DNA from: Arcobacteraceae bacterium
Lineage (GTDB): Bacteria > Campylobacterota > Campylobacteria > Campylobacterales > Arcobacteraceae
Direction: 5' to 3'
DNA length: 64,000 nucleotides
Assembly: GCA_963662945.1 (NCBI GenBank)
Contig: OY759974.1
Coordinates: 1,248,001-1,312,000 of the forward strand
Shown here: piece after piece, positions 34,712-45,038 of the stretch
Numbering within the stretch: position 1 is the first letter of the stretch
Layout of the letters: each line of letters starts with the position of its first letter
Position numbers and translations under genes: made by a program
Notes under the pieces: model-generated
Database searches by the model: none
What the model saw: only the letters and a program-made list of their open reading frames with translations
What the model was told of the DNA's origin: nothing

Positions 34712-36019
34712 ATGAAAAATATTTTATTATTAACACTTTCTTTTGTGGTGACTATTTCTCTTTTTGCACAAGAAACAAAAGAGATTGAAAAAGAACCAAC
34801 GCGACTAGAATCATATACAAAACTTCAAAAAGTACTTGCAGCTGTTGAGATGCTTTATGTTGAAGATATGAATTTAAGTAAAATTGTAGATAAGTCTATA
34901 TCAGGACTACTTCATGAACTAGACGCACACTCTTCTATGCTTAACAAAGAATCATATAAAGATATGCAAGTTGAAACAAAAGGGGAATTTGGTGGACTAG
35001 GTATTGTTATAGGGCAAAGAGATGGTGCACTTACAATTATTTCTCCAATTGATGATACTCCTGCATATAAAGCTGGTGTTGAATCTGGTGATATTATTTT
35101 AAAAATCGATGACAAATCAACAATCAATATGACACTTGAAGATGCTGTTGATTTAATGAGAGGGAAAGTAGGAACACCAATAAGTATCACAATTGTACGA
35201 AAAACTGAAAATAAACCTATTAAAATAGACATCATAAGAGATACTATAAAAATACAATCTGTTTATGCAAAAACTATCAATGATGATATTCTTTATTTAA
35301 GAATATCATCATTTATGGATATGAAAGTTGCTAGCGAACTTAAAAAATATATTCTTGAACATAAAGCAAAAACAAAAGGTATTATTTTAGACCTTAGAAA
35401 CAATCCAGGTGGTCAATTAGGACAAGCAATTGACACTGTAGATTTATTTGTGGACAAAGGTATTATTGTTTCTCAAAGGGGTCGTGATAAAAAAGATGAT
35501 GAAGAGTTCAATGCAAGTTCTTCTACAACTGTTACAGATGTACCAATGGTAGTACTTGTAAATGGAGGAAGTGCTAGTGCTAGTGAAATTGTAAGTGGTG
35601 GTTTACAAGATTTAAAAAGAGCTGTTTTAGTAGGAGAAACAACATTTGGGAAAGGAAGTGTTCAAAGAATTATTCCAATTACAGATGATGGTAGTGAAGC
35701 AATCAAACTTACAATTGCAAAATATTATTTACCAAGTGGAAGAACAATTCAAGCTAAAGGCATTATTCCAGATATAACAGTTGCTCCAGGAGAAGTTATC
35801 GCAAAAGAAGACACAGCTTTTAAGATAAAAGAAGCTGATATGAGAAATCACCTAGAAGAGGAACTTACAAAAGTAGAAACAAAGAAAAAGAAAACAAAAG
35901 AAGATGAAAAAAAAGAGCAAGATGCTAAAAAAATCATAACACAAGAACAAGTTATGAAAGATAATCAACTAAAATCAGCTCTTGATATTTTAAAATCACT
36001 TATTATAATGAAAAACTAA
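34712..36019 (+). CDS. ctpA: Carboxy-terminal processing protease (S41, PDZ)
   Basis: GEFGGLG, DLRNNPGG, SASASEIV, TFGKGSVQ; alternative start 34697. Confidence 0.93.
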   Translation: MKNILLLTLSFVVTISLFAQETKEIEKEPTRLESYTKLQKVLAAVEMLYVEDMNLSKIVDKSISGLLHELDAHSSMLNKESYKDMQVETKGEFGGLGIVIGQRDGALTIISPIDDTPAYKAGVESGDIILKIDDKSTINMTLEDAVDLMRGKVGTPISITIVRKTENKPIKIDIIRDTIKIQSVYAKTINDDILYLRISSFMDMKVASELKKYILEHKAKTKGIILDLRNNPGGQLGQAIDTVDLFVDKGIIVSQRGRDKKDDEEFNASSSTTVTDVPMVVLVNGGSASASEIVSGGLQDLKRAVLVGETTFGKGSVQRIIPITDDGSEAIKLTIAKYYLPSGRTIQAKGIIPDITVAPGEVIAKEDTAFKIKEADMRNHLEEELTKVETKKKKTKEDEKKEQDAKKIITQEQVMKDNQLKSALDILKSLIIMKN

Positions 36020-36032
36020 AAAGGAATAGTAG

Positions 36033-36986
36033 ATGACAATAAACGATATCAAAGCTCTTGGGCTTTGGCCAGATTCAAAAAAGACTACAACTCAAAAAGG
36101 AATTACAGAGCTTGAAGAGCTAGGATACAATTTATTTTATATTGGTAAAAATGCAGATCTTTACACTTGTCCAGGGAATGACCCAAAAGTACTTCTTGTA
36201 AGAAGTGATCGTTGTTCAGTATTTGATATTCCATTAAATCTTGAAATTAACGGAAAAGGTGTTTCTCAAACTGCAATATCAAATGATGGTGCAGCATTTG
36301 CAAGAGAAGCGGGTATAAGAACAGCTATTTTAGATGAAAGTATTGATGCCTCTTTAAGTGTTGCACCAAGATGTCAACTAATGGAGTTGTGTAAACCATT
36401 AGAGGCTGAGATAGATGGTGATGTGGTACAATTTGAATTAATCTTCAGAAATTATTTAACTGGTTCTTTATTTGATGCTTGTCAAAATGGGAATGATCCT
36501 TATGGACTAAATTTACCTTCTGGTTTAGAACAATGGCATAAATTTGATACTCCTATTTTTACACCAACAACAAAAGGGATTAAAGATGAACCTTTAAAAT
36601 CTGCTCAAGTTAGAGAATTATTCCCTGAAATTGTTACAAACTTAGAAAAATTATTTAAAGAATTTACTGTTTTTGCTGAACAAAGAGGAATTATTGTAGT
36701 AGATACAAAGTTTGAAATTTTTGTAAATTCAAAAGGTGAATGGGTTTTAGGTGATGAAGTTTTAACACCTGAAAGCTCAAGATTTATATCAAAAGAAGAC
36801 TTTGATGCAAAAAATTATATCTCAATGGATAAACAAATTTTAAGAGATTTTGGTAAAGCTAATAACTGGAAAGAACAATCAAAAGATTTAAAAGCTGGAG
36901 AAAAACTTGATGTTATAGTGCCAGATTCAGTTAAAAATGTTATTTTAGATGGATATGAAACTATTCATAATAGATTACATAAATAG
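36033..36986 (+). CDS. purC: SAICAR synthetase (long, ADE1-like type)
   Basis: SDRCSVFD, YLTGS, FTPTTK, VDTKFE, DEVLTPESSRF, DKQILRD; upstream of purS-purQ. Confidence 0.9.
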   Translation: MTINDIKALGLWPDSKKTTTQKGITELEELGYNLFYIGKNADLYTCPGNDPKVLLVRSDRCSVFDIPLNLEINGKGVSQTAISNDGAAFAREAGIRTAILDESIDASLSVAPRCQLMELCKPLEAEIDGDVVQFELIFRNYLTGSLFDACQNGNDPYGLNLPSGLEQWHKFDTPIFTPTTKGIKDEPLKSAQVRELFPEIVTNLEKLFKEFTVFAEQRGIIVVDTKFEIFVNSKGEWVLGDEVLTPESSRFISKEDFDAKNYISMDKQILRDFGKANNWKEQSKDLKAGEKLDVIVPDSVKNVILDGYETIHNRLHK

Positions 36987-37064
36987 GTCAAAATAAAGTT
37001 GTCTAAATTGTTGTAAGACAGTTTTAGATATAATCGCAATAATATATAGAATAGAAGGTAATAA

Positions 37065-37310
37065 ATGAAAGCAATAATTAACATAGGACTTAAAAAAGGT
37101 GTTCTTGACTCAGCGGGAAAAGCTACTCATCATAGACTTGATACTGTTGGATTCTCTGATATTGTAAAAGATATTAGAGTTGGAAAACAAATTATTATGG
37201 AATTAAATTGTGCCGATGAAGCAACTGCAAGAACTGAAGTAACTAAAATGTGTGAACAGCTTTTAGCAAACACAGTAATTGAAGATTACGAAATCATCAT
37301 AGAAGCGTAA
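37065..37310 (+). CDS. purS: FGAM synthase subunit PurS
   Basis: KGVLD, RVGK, LLANTVIEDY. Confidence 0.95.
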   Translation: MKAIINIGLKKGVLDSAGKATHHRLDTVGFSDIVKDIRVGKQIIMELNCADEATARTEVTKMCEQLLANTVIEDYEIIIEA

Positions 37311-37315
37311 TAAAG

Positions 37316-37987
37316 ATGTTAGTAGCAGTATTACAATTTCCAGGAACTAACTGTGAGTATGATACAAAATATGCATTTGAAAAGCTAGGAGCAGAAGTAA
37401 CTGTTGTTTGGCATGAAGAAACTTCTCTTCCTCAAAATGTAGATTTAGTTGTAGTACCTGGCGGATTTTCTTATGGAGATTATTTAAGAAGTGGTGCTTT
37501 AGCAAAATTTGCTCCAATTATGGATGCAGTTAAAGCATATGCTGCAAATGGTGGAAAAGTATTAGGTATCTGTAATGGTTTTCAAATTCTTACTGAGACT
37601 GGATTACTTCCAGGTGCTTTAAAAAGAAATGACAATTTACATTTTATATCAAAACATCATCATTTAAAAGTTGTAAATAATGAAAATACATTTTTACAAG
37701 AACTTCAAATTGGAGATGTAGTAAACATCCCTGTTGCACACCACGATGGTAATTACTACATAGATGATGAAGGATTACAAGAATTAAAAGCAAATGGGCA
37801 AATTTTATTACAATATTGTGATAAAAATGGAACAAATAAAGTTCTGAATGGAAGTGTAAACCAAATCGCAGGTGTATGTAACAAAGAAAAAAATGTATTT
37901 GGACTTATGCCACATCCAGAACGAGCTATGGAGACACTTTTAGGTTGTGATGATGGTGTTAAAATGCTTCAAGGCTTTTTTAAATAA
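37316..37987 (+). CDS. purQ: FGAM synthase glutaminase subunit PurQ
   Basis: FPGTNC, PGGFSYGDYLR, GICNGFQ, MPHPER. Confidence 0.97.
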   Translation: MLVAVLQFPGTNCEYDTKYAFEKLGAEVTVVWHEETSLPQNVDLVVVPGGFSYGDYLRSGALAKFAPIMDAVKAYAANGGKVLGICNGFQILTETGLLPGALKRNDNLHFISKHHHLKVVNNENTFLQELQIGDVVNIPVAHHDGNYYIDDEGLQELKANGQILLQYCDKNGTNKVLNGSVNQIAGVCNKEKNVFGLMPHPERAMETLLGCDDGVKMLQGFFK

Positions 37988-38007
37988 TAATGTGTAAGTA
38001 GAAACTA

Positions 38008-39087
38008 GTGAATACAACAATCAAACTAATTCTACTTATAACCCTATGTTTTAGTTATCTTTTATCTAATGATGATACAAAATCAAAAGAGATTTATCTC
38101 TCATATGATAAATATCCAAATAGAGTCTTTACAGGTCAAAAATTCGATATTCAATTTAGTTCAATAATCTTAAAAGATCCAACTTCGTATGATAAAATTG
38201 TAACAACTTTTACTACTGAAGAGGGAATTGATATTTTAACAACTGATATCAACTGGACAGAGATTAAACCAAATAGATATACAACAACAGTCTCTTATAA
38301 AGTATATGACAAAGAGTTTATTTTACCACGAATCACACTTGCCTTAATTAAAAATGGTCAAATTATTGATTATGCATCTATCGAATCACCAAAAATTGAA
38401 TATGAAAAAATTGCAATTAATCAAAAACTATTTTCAAATATTATTGCAAAAGATTTACAAGTTCACACTGTAAAAACTAAACAATATACGAATAATGTTT
38501 TACATACTACATTACATATAGAAGGTGTTAATAGTAATCTTGAAGATATACATTTAAGTAATTATGGAGATCAAGGAATTAACAGTTTAACTGAAAATTA
38601 TCCAAATCAAAGTTTATATTACTTTATTATGATTCCTAGTCATACAAAACAGATAAATTTTACATATTATAATACACTACAAAAAGAATTTATAACCATT
38701 CAAATTCCAATTATTTTAGATGAAGAATTAGTAAGTACCCAAACAGAACTTAATCCTTATAACAGTAGTATTCTTATTTATAAACAAGTTTTAAGTGGAG
38801 TATTTCTTGCTCTTTTTATACTACTATATTTTATTACTAAACATAATAGATATTTAATTCTTATGACTATTATGATAATAATTCTTGCTTATTTATTTAT
38901 ACCAAATAAAAAAATATTATTAAATGAAAATACAAAAGTATATATACTTCCAACAAGTAATTCTACAGTATATAAAATTTTAGATAGAAAACATATTGTT
39001 GAGATAATTAATGAAAAAGATAAATTTGTCAAAGTGCTTTTTGACAATGAAAATATTGGATGGATAAAGGAGAGTGACCTTGAGTAA
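38008..39087 (+). CDS. Periplasmic/membrane protein with C-terminal SH3-like domain
   Basis: Signal peptide, two TM helices near the C-terminus, ILPT..S...FVKV....IGWIK. Confidence 0.7.
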   Translation: MNTTIKLILLITLCFSYLLSNDDTKSKEIYLSYDKYPNRVFTGQKFDIQFSSIILKDPTSYDKIVTTFTTEEGIDILTTDINWTEIKPNRYTTTVSYKVYDKEFILPRITLALIKNGQIIDYASIESPKIEYEKIAINQKLFSNIIAKDLQVHTVKTKQYTNNVLHTTLHIEGVNSNLEDIHLSNYGDQGINSLTENYPNQSLYYFIMIPSHTKQINFTYYNTLQKEFITIQIPIILDEELVSTQTELNPYNSSILIYKQVLSGVFLALFILLYFITKHNRYLILMTIMIIILAYLFIPNKKILLNENTKVYILPTSNSTVYKILDRKHIVEIINEKDKFVKVLFDNENIGWIKESDLE

Positions 39088-39763
39088 GATAAGAGCTTTA
39101 TTTACTGTAATACAATTTTCAATAACCGTATCAGTTGTTATCATTTTAATGTATCTATTTAATAAAATCAATTATAAGTTTAGAAGACTTTGGGCAAAAA
39201 TGCAAATGAAACTTATGGGTGTTGATGTTATTGTCAAAGGGGAACTTAACCAAAATGCTCAAATGCTCCTTATGAATCATCAATCTATTTTAGATATTGT
39301 TGTAATGGAGTCATTACACCCAAAAAATCTTGCATGGGTAGCTAAAAACGAAATAGCAAAAATTCCTTGGTTTGGACGAATTTTAAAGGCTCCTCATATG
39401 ATAATTGTTGAGAGAGAAAGTAAAACAAGTTTAGTAAAACTGTTAAGAGATGCAAAAGATCGATTAGAGAAAAAAAGACCAATTGCCATATTTCCAGAAG
39501 GAACAAGAACCGATGGAAAAAGTTTACGAAAATTTAAAGCTGGTGCAAAAATGATTGCTGATAAAAATACTCTTTTAGTACAACCTGTAGTTATTGTAGG
39601 AACACGAGCTATTTTTGATTCCCAAAACTTTTCGCAAAAAAGTGGTAAGGTAAAGGTGATTTTTCTCCCTCCTATACAAGCAGATAAAAAATCAACTTGG
39701 TATGAAGATACTGAAAATTTAATGGCTCAAACACTAAAAAAAGAGTTACACCATGACATTTAA
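39074..39763 (+). CDS. plsC: 1-acyl-sn-glycerol-3-phosphate acyltransferase
   Basis: NHQSILD, IFPEGTR. Confidence 0.93.
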   Translation: MTLSKIRALFTVIQFSITVSVVIILMYLFNKINYKFRRLWAKMQMKLMGVDVIVKGELNQNAQMLLMNHQSILDIVVMESLHPKNLAWVAKNEIAKIPWFGRILKAPHMIIVERESKTSLVKLLRDAKDRLEKKRPIAIFPEGTRTDGKSLRKFKAGAKMIADKNTLLVQPVVIVGTRAIFDSQNFSQKSGKVKVIFLPPIQADKKSTWYEDTENLMAQTLKKELHHDI

Positions 39764-40139
39764 TCTAAGTACAGTTATTGCTGTAGGAATTGGTGGTTTT
39801 ATAGGTGCAGTTGGACGTTTTTATGTTGGAATTCAAGTTGTAAAATATTTTCCACATGAAGTACCTTTAGCTACTCTTACAGTCAATGTTGTTGGTAGTT
39901 TTGTGATTGGTTTACTCATAGCATTGTTTTTAGTATTTACACCCTCAGATATTGTAAAAGGTTTTTTAGTTACTGGAATATTAGGTGCCCTTACTACCTA
40001 TTCTACATTTGCTATTGAAAGTTATATTTTACTTAATAATCATATATGGTATGGTATTTTGAATATTATTTTAAATGTAGTTGGTACAATTGCAGCTGCA
40101 GGACTTGGATACAAACTTGTATCTTATTTTATTAGATAA
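39753..40139 (+). CDS. crcB: Fluoride efflux channel FluC/CrcB
   Basis: GGFIGAVGR, TLTVNVVGS, GILGALTTYSTF. Confidence 0.93.
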   Translation: MTFNLSTVIAVGIGGFIGAVGRFYVGIQVVKYFPHEVPLATLTVNVVGSFVIGLLIALFLVFTPSDIVKGFLVTGILGALTTYSTFAIESYILLNNHIWYGILNIILNVVGTIAAAGLGYKLVSYFIR

Positions 40140-40151
40140 GGATTTTATATA

Positions 40152-41009
40152 ATGCAATTATACATATATGCAAAAAGTGGTCATAGTTTTGGATTAGAGA
40201 ATATAAGACGTGCAAGTGCTTTGCATAATATGTTAGAAAATTGTGATCCTATATTATGTAGTGCAGATTATAGAGCTGCGACATTTGCAAAAGCGGAACT
40301 TGGTGTAAAAAAAGGTGTTGGTGTTGATGTAATAGGAAATATGCCAAATGTTATGGAAAGAGGAGATATGCTCATTTATGATGATAGCAATGAAGCAAGT
40401 TCTACAATGCAATCACATATGAAAGAGTTTTGTACTCATTTATATAAAGTTGGAGTAGATATACCTTTTGATATAGTTGATGAGACATTTTTTGAACATA
40501 CTAAAGTTACAAATGAAAAAGCAATATTTTTTGCAGATGATGATTATGCAGAATGGTTTTTTAAACTTATTCAAACAGGAGAGAAACAAAATCTTCCACT
40601 TATTTGGGGGCATTATTTTTTCTTTAAAAATGAATCTAAGATTGCTTCTTATTTTAGTGAAGTAATTGAAGAAGATGGATATATAAATACAGTTAAATCT
40701 ACAAACTATCTTCTAAGTGCAAGTGTTCATACTTGTCTAGAATCACTTGCAAGTGGTAACCACCCTGTATTTTTCCAAAGAGGTGATAAACCAGTAGAAC
40801 ATAGAGATTTACTTGAAAAATATAATATACCTTGTATTTTAGAAATAAAAACAATGGAAGAATTAATGAACAATTTTGAACAAATAATTCAAAATTATCC
40901 ACAAACTAATCCTATTGAAAAATTTGATATTTCAAAAATCAAAAAAGAGATAGAAGATACTATCAAAAAGTTTGAGATGATTCAACCATCTTTAGAATAT
41001 AAATTCTAA
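40152..41009 (+). CDS. Hypothetical protein, possible PseG/SpsG-like GT-B fold
   Basis: N-terminal GHSFGLENIRRASAL and SASVHTCLESLASG resemble PseG motifs. Confidence 0.55.
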   Translation: MQLYIYAKSGHSFGLENIRRASALHNMLENCDPILCSADYRAATFAKAELGVKKGVGVDVIGNMPNVMERGDMLIYDDSNEASSTMQSHMKEFCTHLYKVGVDIPFDIVDETFFEHTKVTNEKAIFFADDDYAEWFFKLIQTGEKQNLPLIWGHYFFFKNESKIASYFSEVIEEDGYINTVKSTNYLLSASVHTCLESLASGNHPVFFQRGDKPVEHRDLLEKYNIPCILEIKTMEELMNNFEQIIQNYPQTNPIEKFDISKIKKEIEDTIKKFEMIQPSLEYKF

Positions 41010-41030
41010 AGAAAATTATCACAAAGAGAA

Positions 41031-41366
41031 CTAGTAAAGTTCTCCATCTTTTATAGAAAAGTTTTCAAGAAATTTATCCAAAGTATATTTATCTCTGTAT
41101 TCTTGAGTCATAAGATGAATAAGGATATCTCCTAAATCAACGATAGTCCAATCTCCGTCTTCTTCAGTTCTTACAAACTCTTCACCAGCTGGTTTAAGTT
41201 CCTCTTTTAAATTTTCTAAAAGTGCTAATGAATGTTTTGTGTTTAATGCAGTTGCTATAACTACTTGATTTGTGATATATCCTTTATCAGTCAAATCAAA
41301 TACTTCAATATCTTCAGCTTTTCTTGCATCAAGTAAATTAACTATTCGCTTTATTCTTTCTTCCAT
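41031..41366 (-). CDS. rsfS: Ribosome silencing factor
   Basis: KAEDI, WTIVDLGDILIH...R..Y.L. Confidence 0.93.
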   Translation of the reverse strand: MEERIKRIVNLLDARKAEDIEVFDLTDKGYITNQVVIATALNTKHSLALLENLKEELKPAGEEFVRTEEDGDWTIVDLGDILIHLMTQEYRDKYTLDKFLENFSIKDGELY

Positions 41367-41896
41367 ATATTTTTTACCTTTTGTTGTATTTTTTTGGGGA
41401 TATATTTCAAATCAAAATTATCTCGTAAGAGGCTTGAACTTATATCTATATCCATATTTATTGTATTAAATCGTATTATATCATTTTTAACTTCATATCC
41501 CTCTCTTTGAATAACAATGAACTTCACACTTGTCTTTAGTTCCTCAAAATTATTCCATAAATGAATAGATTTTAAATTATCTGCACCAATAACTAAATAG
41601 ATATTTTTGGGAGAATATTTTTGTTGTAAATATCTCACTGTTTCTATGGTAGGAACTGCCCTATTTTGTGTTATTTCAAAATCACTTACTTCAACTTTTT
41701 TAAATTCTTGAAATAAATCTATTAATAACTCCAATCTCTCTCTTGGTTCAAGATGATACTTATCCTTAAAAGGGCTTAAATACGTTGGCACAACATATAA
41801 TTTATCTATATCTTTTACTTGAAGTAAACTTTTAACAATCTCTTCATGTGCAATATGAGGAGGATCAAAACTTCCACCAAAAAGAGCAATATTCAT
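41351..41896 (-). CDS. nadD: Nicotinate-nucleotide adenylyltransferase
   Basis: FGGSFDPPHIAH, IGADNL, ISSS. Confidence 0.95.
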   Translation of the reverse strand: MNIALFGGSFDPPHIAHEEIVKSLLQVKDIDKLYVVPTYLSPFKDKYHLEPRERLELLIDLFQEFKKVEVSDFEITQNRAVPTIETVRYLQQKYSPKNIYLVIGADNLKSIHLWNNFEELKTSVKFIVIQREGYEVKNDIIRFNTINMDIDISSSLLRDNFDLKYIPKKIQQKVKNIWKKE

Positions 41897-41897
41897 C

Positions 41898-42632
41898 TTA
41901 CACAATATCCATAATAAGTGTTTTTATATTCTTTTTTTCTTGTATTTCTACAAGTTTTAATCCTTCTATTTCTAACTTCATTAACTCTTCAAAATTTTTA
42001 ATATTGTGCTTTGCTAATTCTTTTACAATCTGTCCTCTATAATGTTTTGCCCAATGACTTACAACTTTTCCATCTTTTAAAAATTTAAAAGTTACTGTTT
42101 GGGCCTTTGGCTTATAGAACTTATCGTAAAAACCTGCTCTTAAATCAATAACCTCATCTCCTAAATATGTATCTAAAATATCTTTAATAGCAATTTTATA
42201 CTTATTAATCACATCAATATTAGGTAAGTTTTCTCCCTGCTTAAATTTATAATCAGGAATCAAATCATCAGCTTTTAAAGGACCAAAAAGATTAGAAAAT
42301 AAAATGACATTTTCATCACAGTATTGTTGCTCTATTGGTATTAAATTGTCATAATCTAGTGCATCAAATGCTACACCTGTATATCTCTGAATTGCTTTCA
42401 TTGTTGGTTTTTCCATAATTGGTTGAGAGTATTTTTCACACTCTTTAAAACTTTTTAATCCAAACCAAGATGAAAGTTCTTCTAGTGAACTTGTTTTTAG
42501 AAATTCTTCATATTGAAAAACAATCTCATTTCGGACTGGTTCAAACTCTTTGAAGAAAAAGTTATGTTTACAATATGAAGGAAGGCTTCCACTTTCTCTT
42601 TTTGTTTCTGCAGGTGCTAGTAATATTTTCAT
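41898..42632 (-). CDS. yaaA: Peroxide stress protein YaaA family
   Basis: ILLAPAETK, RYTGVAF, SNLFG, AKHYRG. Confidence 0.85.
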   Translation of the reverse strand: MKILLAPAETKRESGSLPSYCKHNFFFKEFEPVRNEIVFQYEEFLKTSSLEELSSWFGLKSFKECEKYSQPIMEKPTMKAIQRYTGVAFDALDYDNLIPIEQQYCDENVILFSNLFGPLKADDLIPDYKFKQGENLPNIDVINKYKIAIKDILDTYLGDEVIDLRAGFYDKFYKPKAQTVTFKFLKDGKVVSHWAKHYRGQIVKELAKHNIKNFEELMKLEIEGLKLVEIQEKKNIKTLIMDIV

Positions 42633-42712
42633 ATGAAATTTTATCATAATAATAATTTCAATCTATTTATGACATTAAGTAAAACTCTGATATATTTATC
42701 TTAGGAGTTTTT

Positions 42713-43663
42713 ATGATACAAAAAATATTTAAAGAAGTACTGGTTATTGGATTATTATCTACTTCAACTTTATTTGGGGAAACACACTCTTTTACAGTAG
42801 AAAATGATGCGTTAGCAAGTCATGATGATGGTTATTATACCAATGGATTATTTTATACATATATGGATGAAATACAACATCCTTCATATATAAAATTGAT
42901 GGAAGATTTAGAAACTAATACTGCTATATCTTTTACACATCTTATGTTTACACCGGACAATAAACAAAAAACAACTGCACAATTAAATGATATTCCTTAT
43001 GCTGGATATGCTAAGTTAAATTTTTTACTTTACAAATCTTCAAAAAATTATTTCCACGAATTTGGTGTTAATATAGGTTTAGTTGGACCTTCAACTTTAG
43101 CAGAAGAATTTCAATCTAATTTTCATAGTCTCATAGGTCAAGATAAAGCTAAAGGTTGGGATACACAGTTAAAAGATCAATTTACTTCTGGTATTTCGTA
43201 TCAATTTGCATATAAAACAGATAGTTTTGATGTAGGTAATTTTAAAGTAGATTGGACAAATAATATCCGAATAGAAGCAGGAAATTACTATAGTGGAGTT
43301 TTAGCTTCAAGTACTCTTAGAATAGGGAGTATGGCTTATGATGATTTTGCAACAACAGGTAACTTTACTGTTACAGATGAAAATCATCTTCTCAATAAAA
43401 AATATCCAAAAAACTTCAATTGGTCTATATCATTTGGTTTATTTGCAAATGAAATTTTCAACTATTACATTATTGATGAAGCAAGAGACCTAGGATACAC
43501 TTTAGAAAAGTTAGATTATATTTCTGGTGAACAAGTAAGTTACAATATTTTTTATGATGAAATACAATATTCATTTACAATAAAATCTGTGTATCTTAAT
43601 GACCACTTATTTACAAGTGCAAATAAACAATGGGGTGGATTAACAATTAGCTGGAAATTTTAA
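42713..43663 (+). CDS. lpxR: Lipid A deacylase LpxR-family outer-membrane protein
   Basis: ENDA, YYTNG, MFTP, DIPYAG, FQSNFH, GWDTQ, C-terminal F. Confidence 0.85.
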   Translation: MIQKIFKEVLVIGLLSTSTLFGETHSFTVENDALASHDDGYYTNGLFYTYMDEIQHPSYIKLMEDLETNTAISFTHLMFTPDNKQKTTAQLNDIPYAGYAKLNFLLYKSSKNYFHEFGVNIGLVGPSTLAEEFQSNFHSLIGQDKAKGWDTQLKDQFTSGISYQFAYKTDSFDVGNFKVDWTNNIRIEAGNYYSGVLASSTLRIGSMAYDDFATTGNFTVTDENHLLNKKYPKNFNWSISFGLFANEIFNYYIIDEARDLGYTLEKLDYISGEQVSYNIFYDEIQYSFTIKSVYLNDHLFTSANKQWGGLTISWKF

Positions 43664-44290
43664 AAGTTCTATTAAATCAGAAAGTTTTTCTATCTTATAA
43701 GTAGCTTTTGAAAAATCATGTGTTTTTGTAAACTCATTGTGTACAATAACACATTCAATCCCTGCACTATGTGCTGAAGTCAATCCTCTTTGAGAGTCTT
43801 CTACAACTATAGCTTCCTCTTTTATACCACCAAAAAGTTCTAATCCCTTTAAATATGGTTCTGGATGTGGTTTTGCATTTGTATAATCCTCTTCACATAA
43901 TACAAAATCCATAAAATTAGTTATTCCTCTGTTTTTATGTATAATCTCAAAATCAACTCTTCTTGAAGTGGTTACTATTCCCATTTGAAAATTTTGAGAT
44001 AACTGATGTAATATATCTTGAATATCTTGTATGGCTATATCTTCTGTTTGTAAATATTTTTGATAATAGCTATTTCTTTTATCTCTAGCTATTGCAATCT
44101 TTTCTTCACTAAAACCTTTTTTTATAGCAGGTTCCCACGCTGTTTTTCCATGAGCCATAATATCCATATATTCATCGAACTGTAAATTAATATCAAAAAA
44201 CTCTTTTAAAGTTTTTTTACTCGCTTCAAAATACCATTTTTCTGTTTCTACTAATACACCATCATTATCAAAAAGGATATATTTTTTCAT
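43640..44290 (-). CDS. HAD-family phosphatase (beta-PGM-like)
   Basis: FDNDGVLVETE, KPHPEPY, VVEDS. Confidence 0.9.
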   Translation of the reverse strand: MKKYILFDNDGVLVETEKWYFEASKKTLKEFFDINLQFDEYMDIMAHGKTAWEPAIKKGFSEEKIAIARDKRNSYYQKYLQTEDIAIQDIQDILHQLSQNFQMGIVTTSRRVDFEIIHKNRGITNFMDFVLCEEDYTNAKPHPEPYLKGLELFGGIKEEAIVVEDSQRGLTSAHSAGIECVIVHNEFTKTHDFSKATYKIEKLSDLIELLKFPANC

Positions 44291-44384
44291 CAAATACCTT
44301 AATTTTTTATTTTGAAATTGTACCAAATAAGATTTTAGTACAACTTATGATAAAATCAATAAATCAACAAATCAAGGATTAACT

Positions 44385-44897
44385 TTGGAACAATACTATT
44401 TACCAATTCTAACTTTTCATGTGATTAGTGTATTATCATGGATGGCCATGCTTTTTTATTTACCGCGACTTTATGTTTATCATCAAGAAAATAGTGAAAA
44501 AAAAGAATTCATAGAAATAGTAAAAATACAAGAATTAAAACTTTACAAATATATAGGTCTTCCTGCTATGTGGGCAACAATCACTAGTGGTATCTTAATG
44601 ATAATTGCAAATCCTGAACTTTTTCAACACGGATGGTTTCACGCAAAATTAACTGTAGTAATATTACTTATTGCTTACTCTTTTAGTCTAGGATATTATA
44701 GAAAACAATTAGAAAATGATACTTGTAATAAAAGTGGAAAGTTTTTCCGAGCTTACAATGAAGTCCCAACCATTTTTGCAATATTAATAGTAACATTTGT
44801 AATTATGAAATCAATTCCTATTGTATTTTCAATTGGAATTACTTTATTTTTTGGATTTATTATTTTTATGATTATGAAACCAAAAAAAGAAATTTGA
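44385..44897 (+). CDS. hemJ: Protoporphyrinogen IX oxidase HemJ
   Basis: HVISVLSWMAMLFYLPRLYVYH, WFHAKL, FFRAYNEVPT. Confidence 0.93.
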   Translation: MEQYYLPILTFHVISVLSWMAMLFYLPRLYVYHQENSEKKEFIEIVKIQELKLYKYIGLPAMWATITSGILMIIANPELFQHGWFHAKLTVVILLIAYSFSLGYYRKQLENDTCNKSGKFFRAYNEVPTIFAILIVTFVIMKSIPIVFSIGITLFFGFIIFMIMKPKKEI

Positions 44898-45038
44898 CTT
44901 TAATTGTTTTATTAATGTATAATAATTACAAACTAAATAAATGTTTTGGAGTGATGGATGAAAAGTTCAAAATATCAAACTTTTAAAATGCTGCAATGTA
45001 TTATACCTCTTTACTCTAATTTTAATAAGATTTAATAA

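Noticed and set aside
39753-40139. Fluoride riboswitch before crcB
   Set aside because: crcB overlaps plsC; there is no leader and no motif seen
43640-44290. HAD phosphatase as the missing GmhB
   Set aside because: Motifs are beta-PGM-like (FDNDGVLVETE, KPHPEPY) rather than GmhB (FLDRDG, CxCRKP), and it lies outside the cluster
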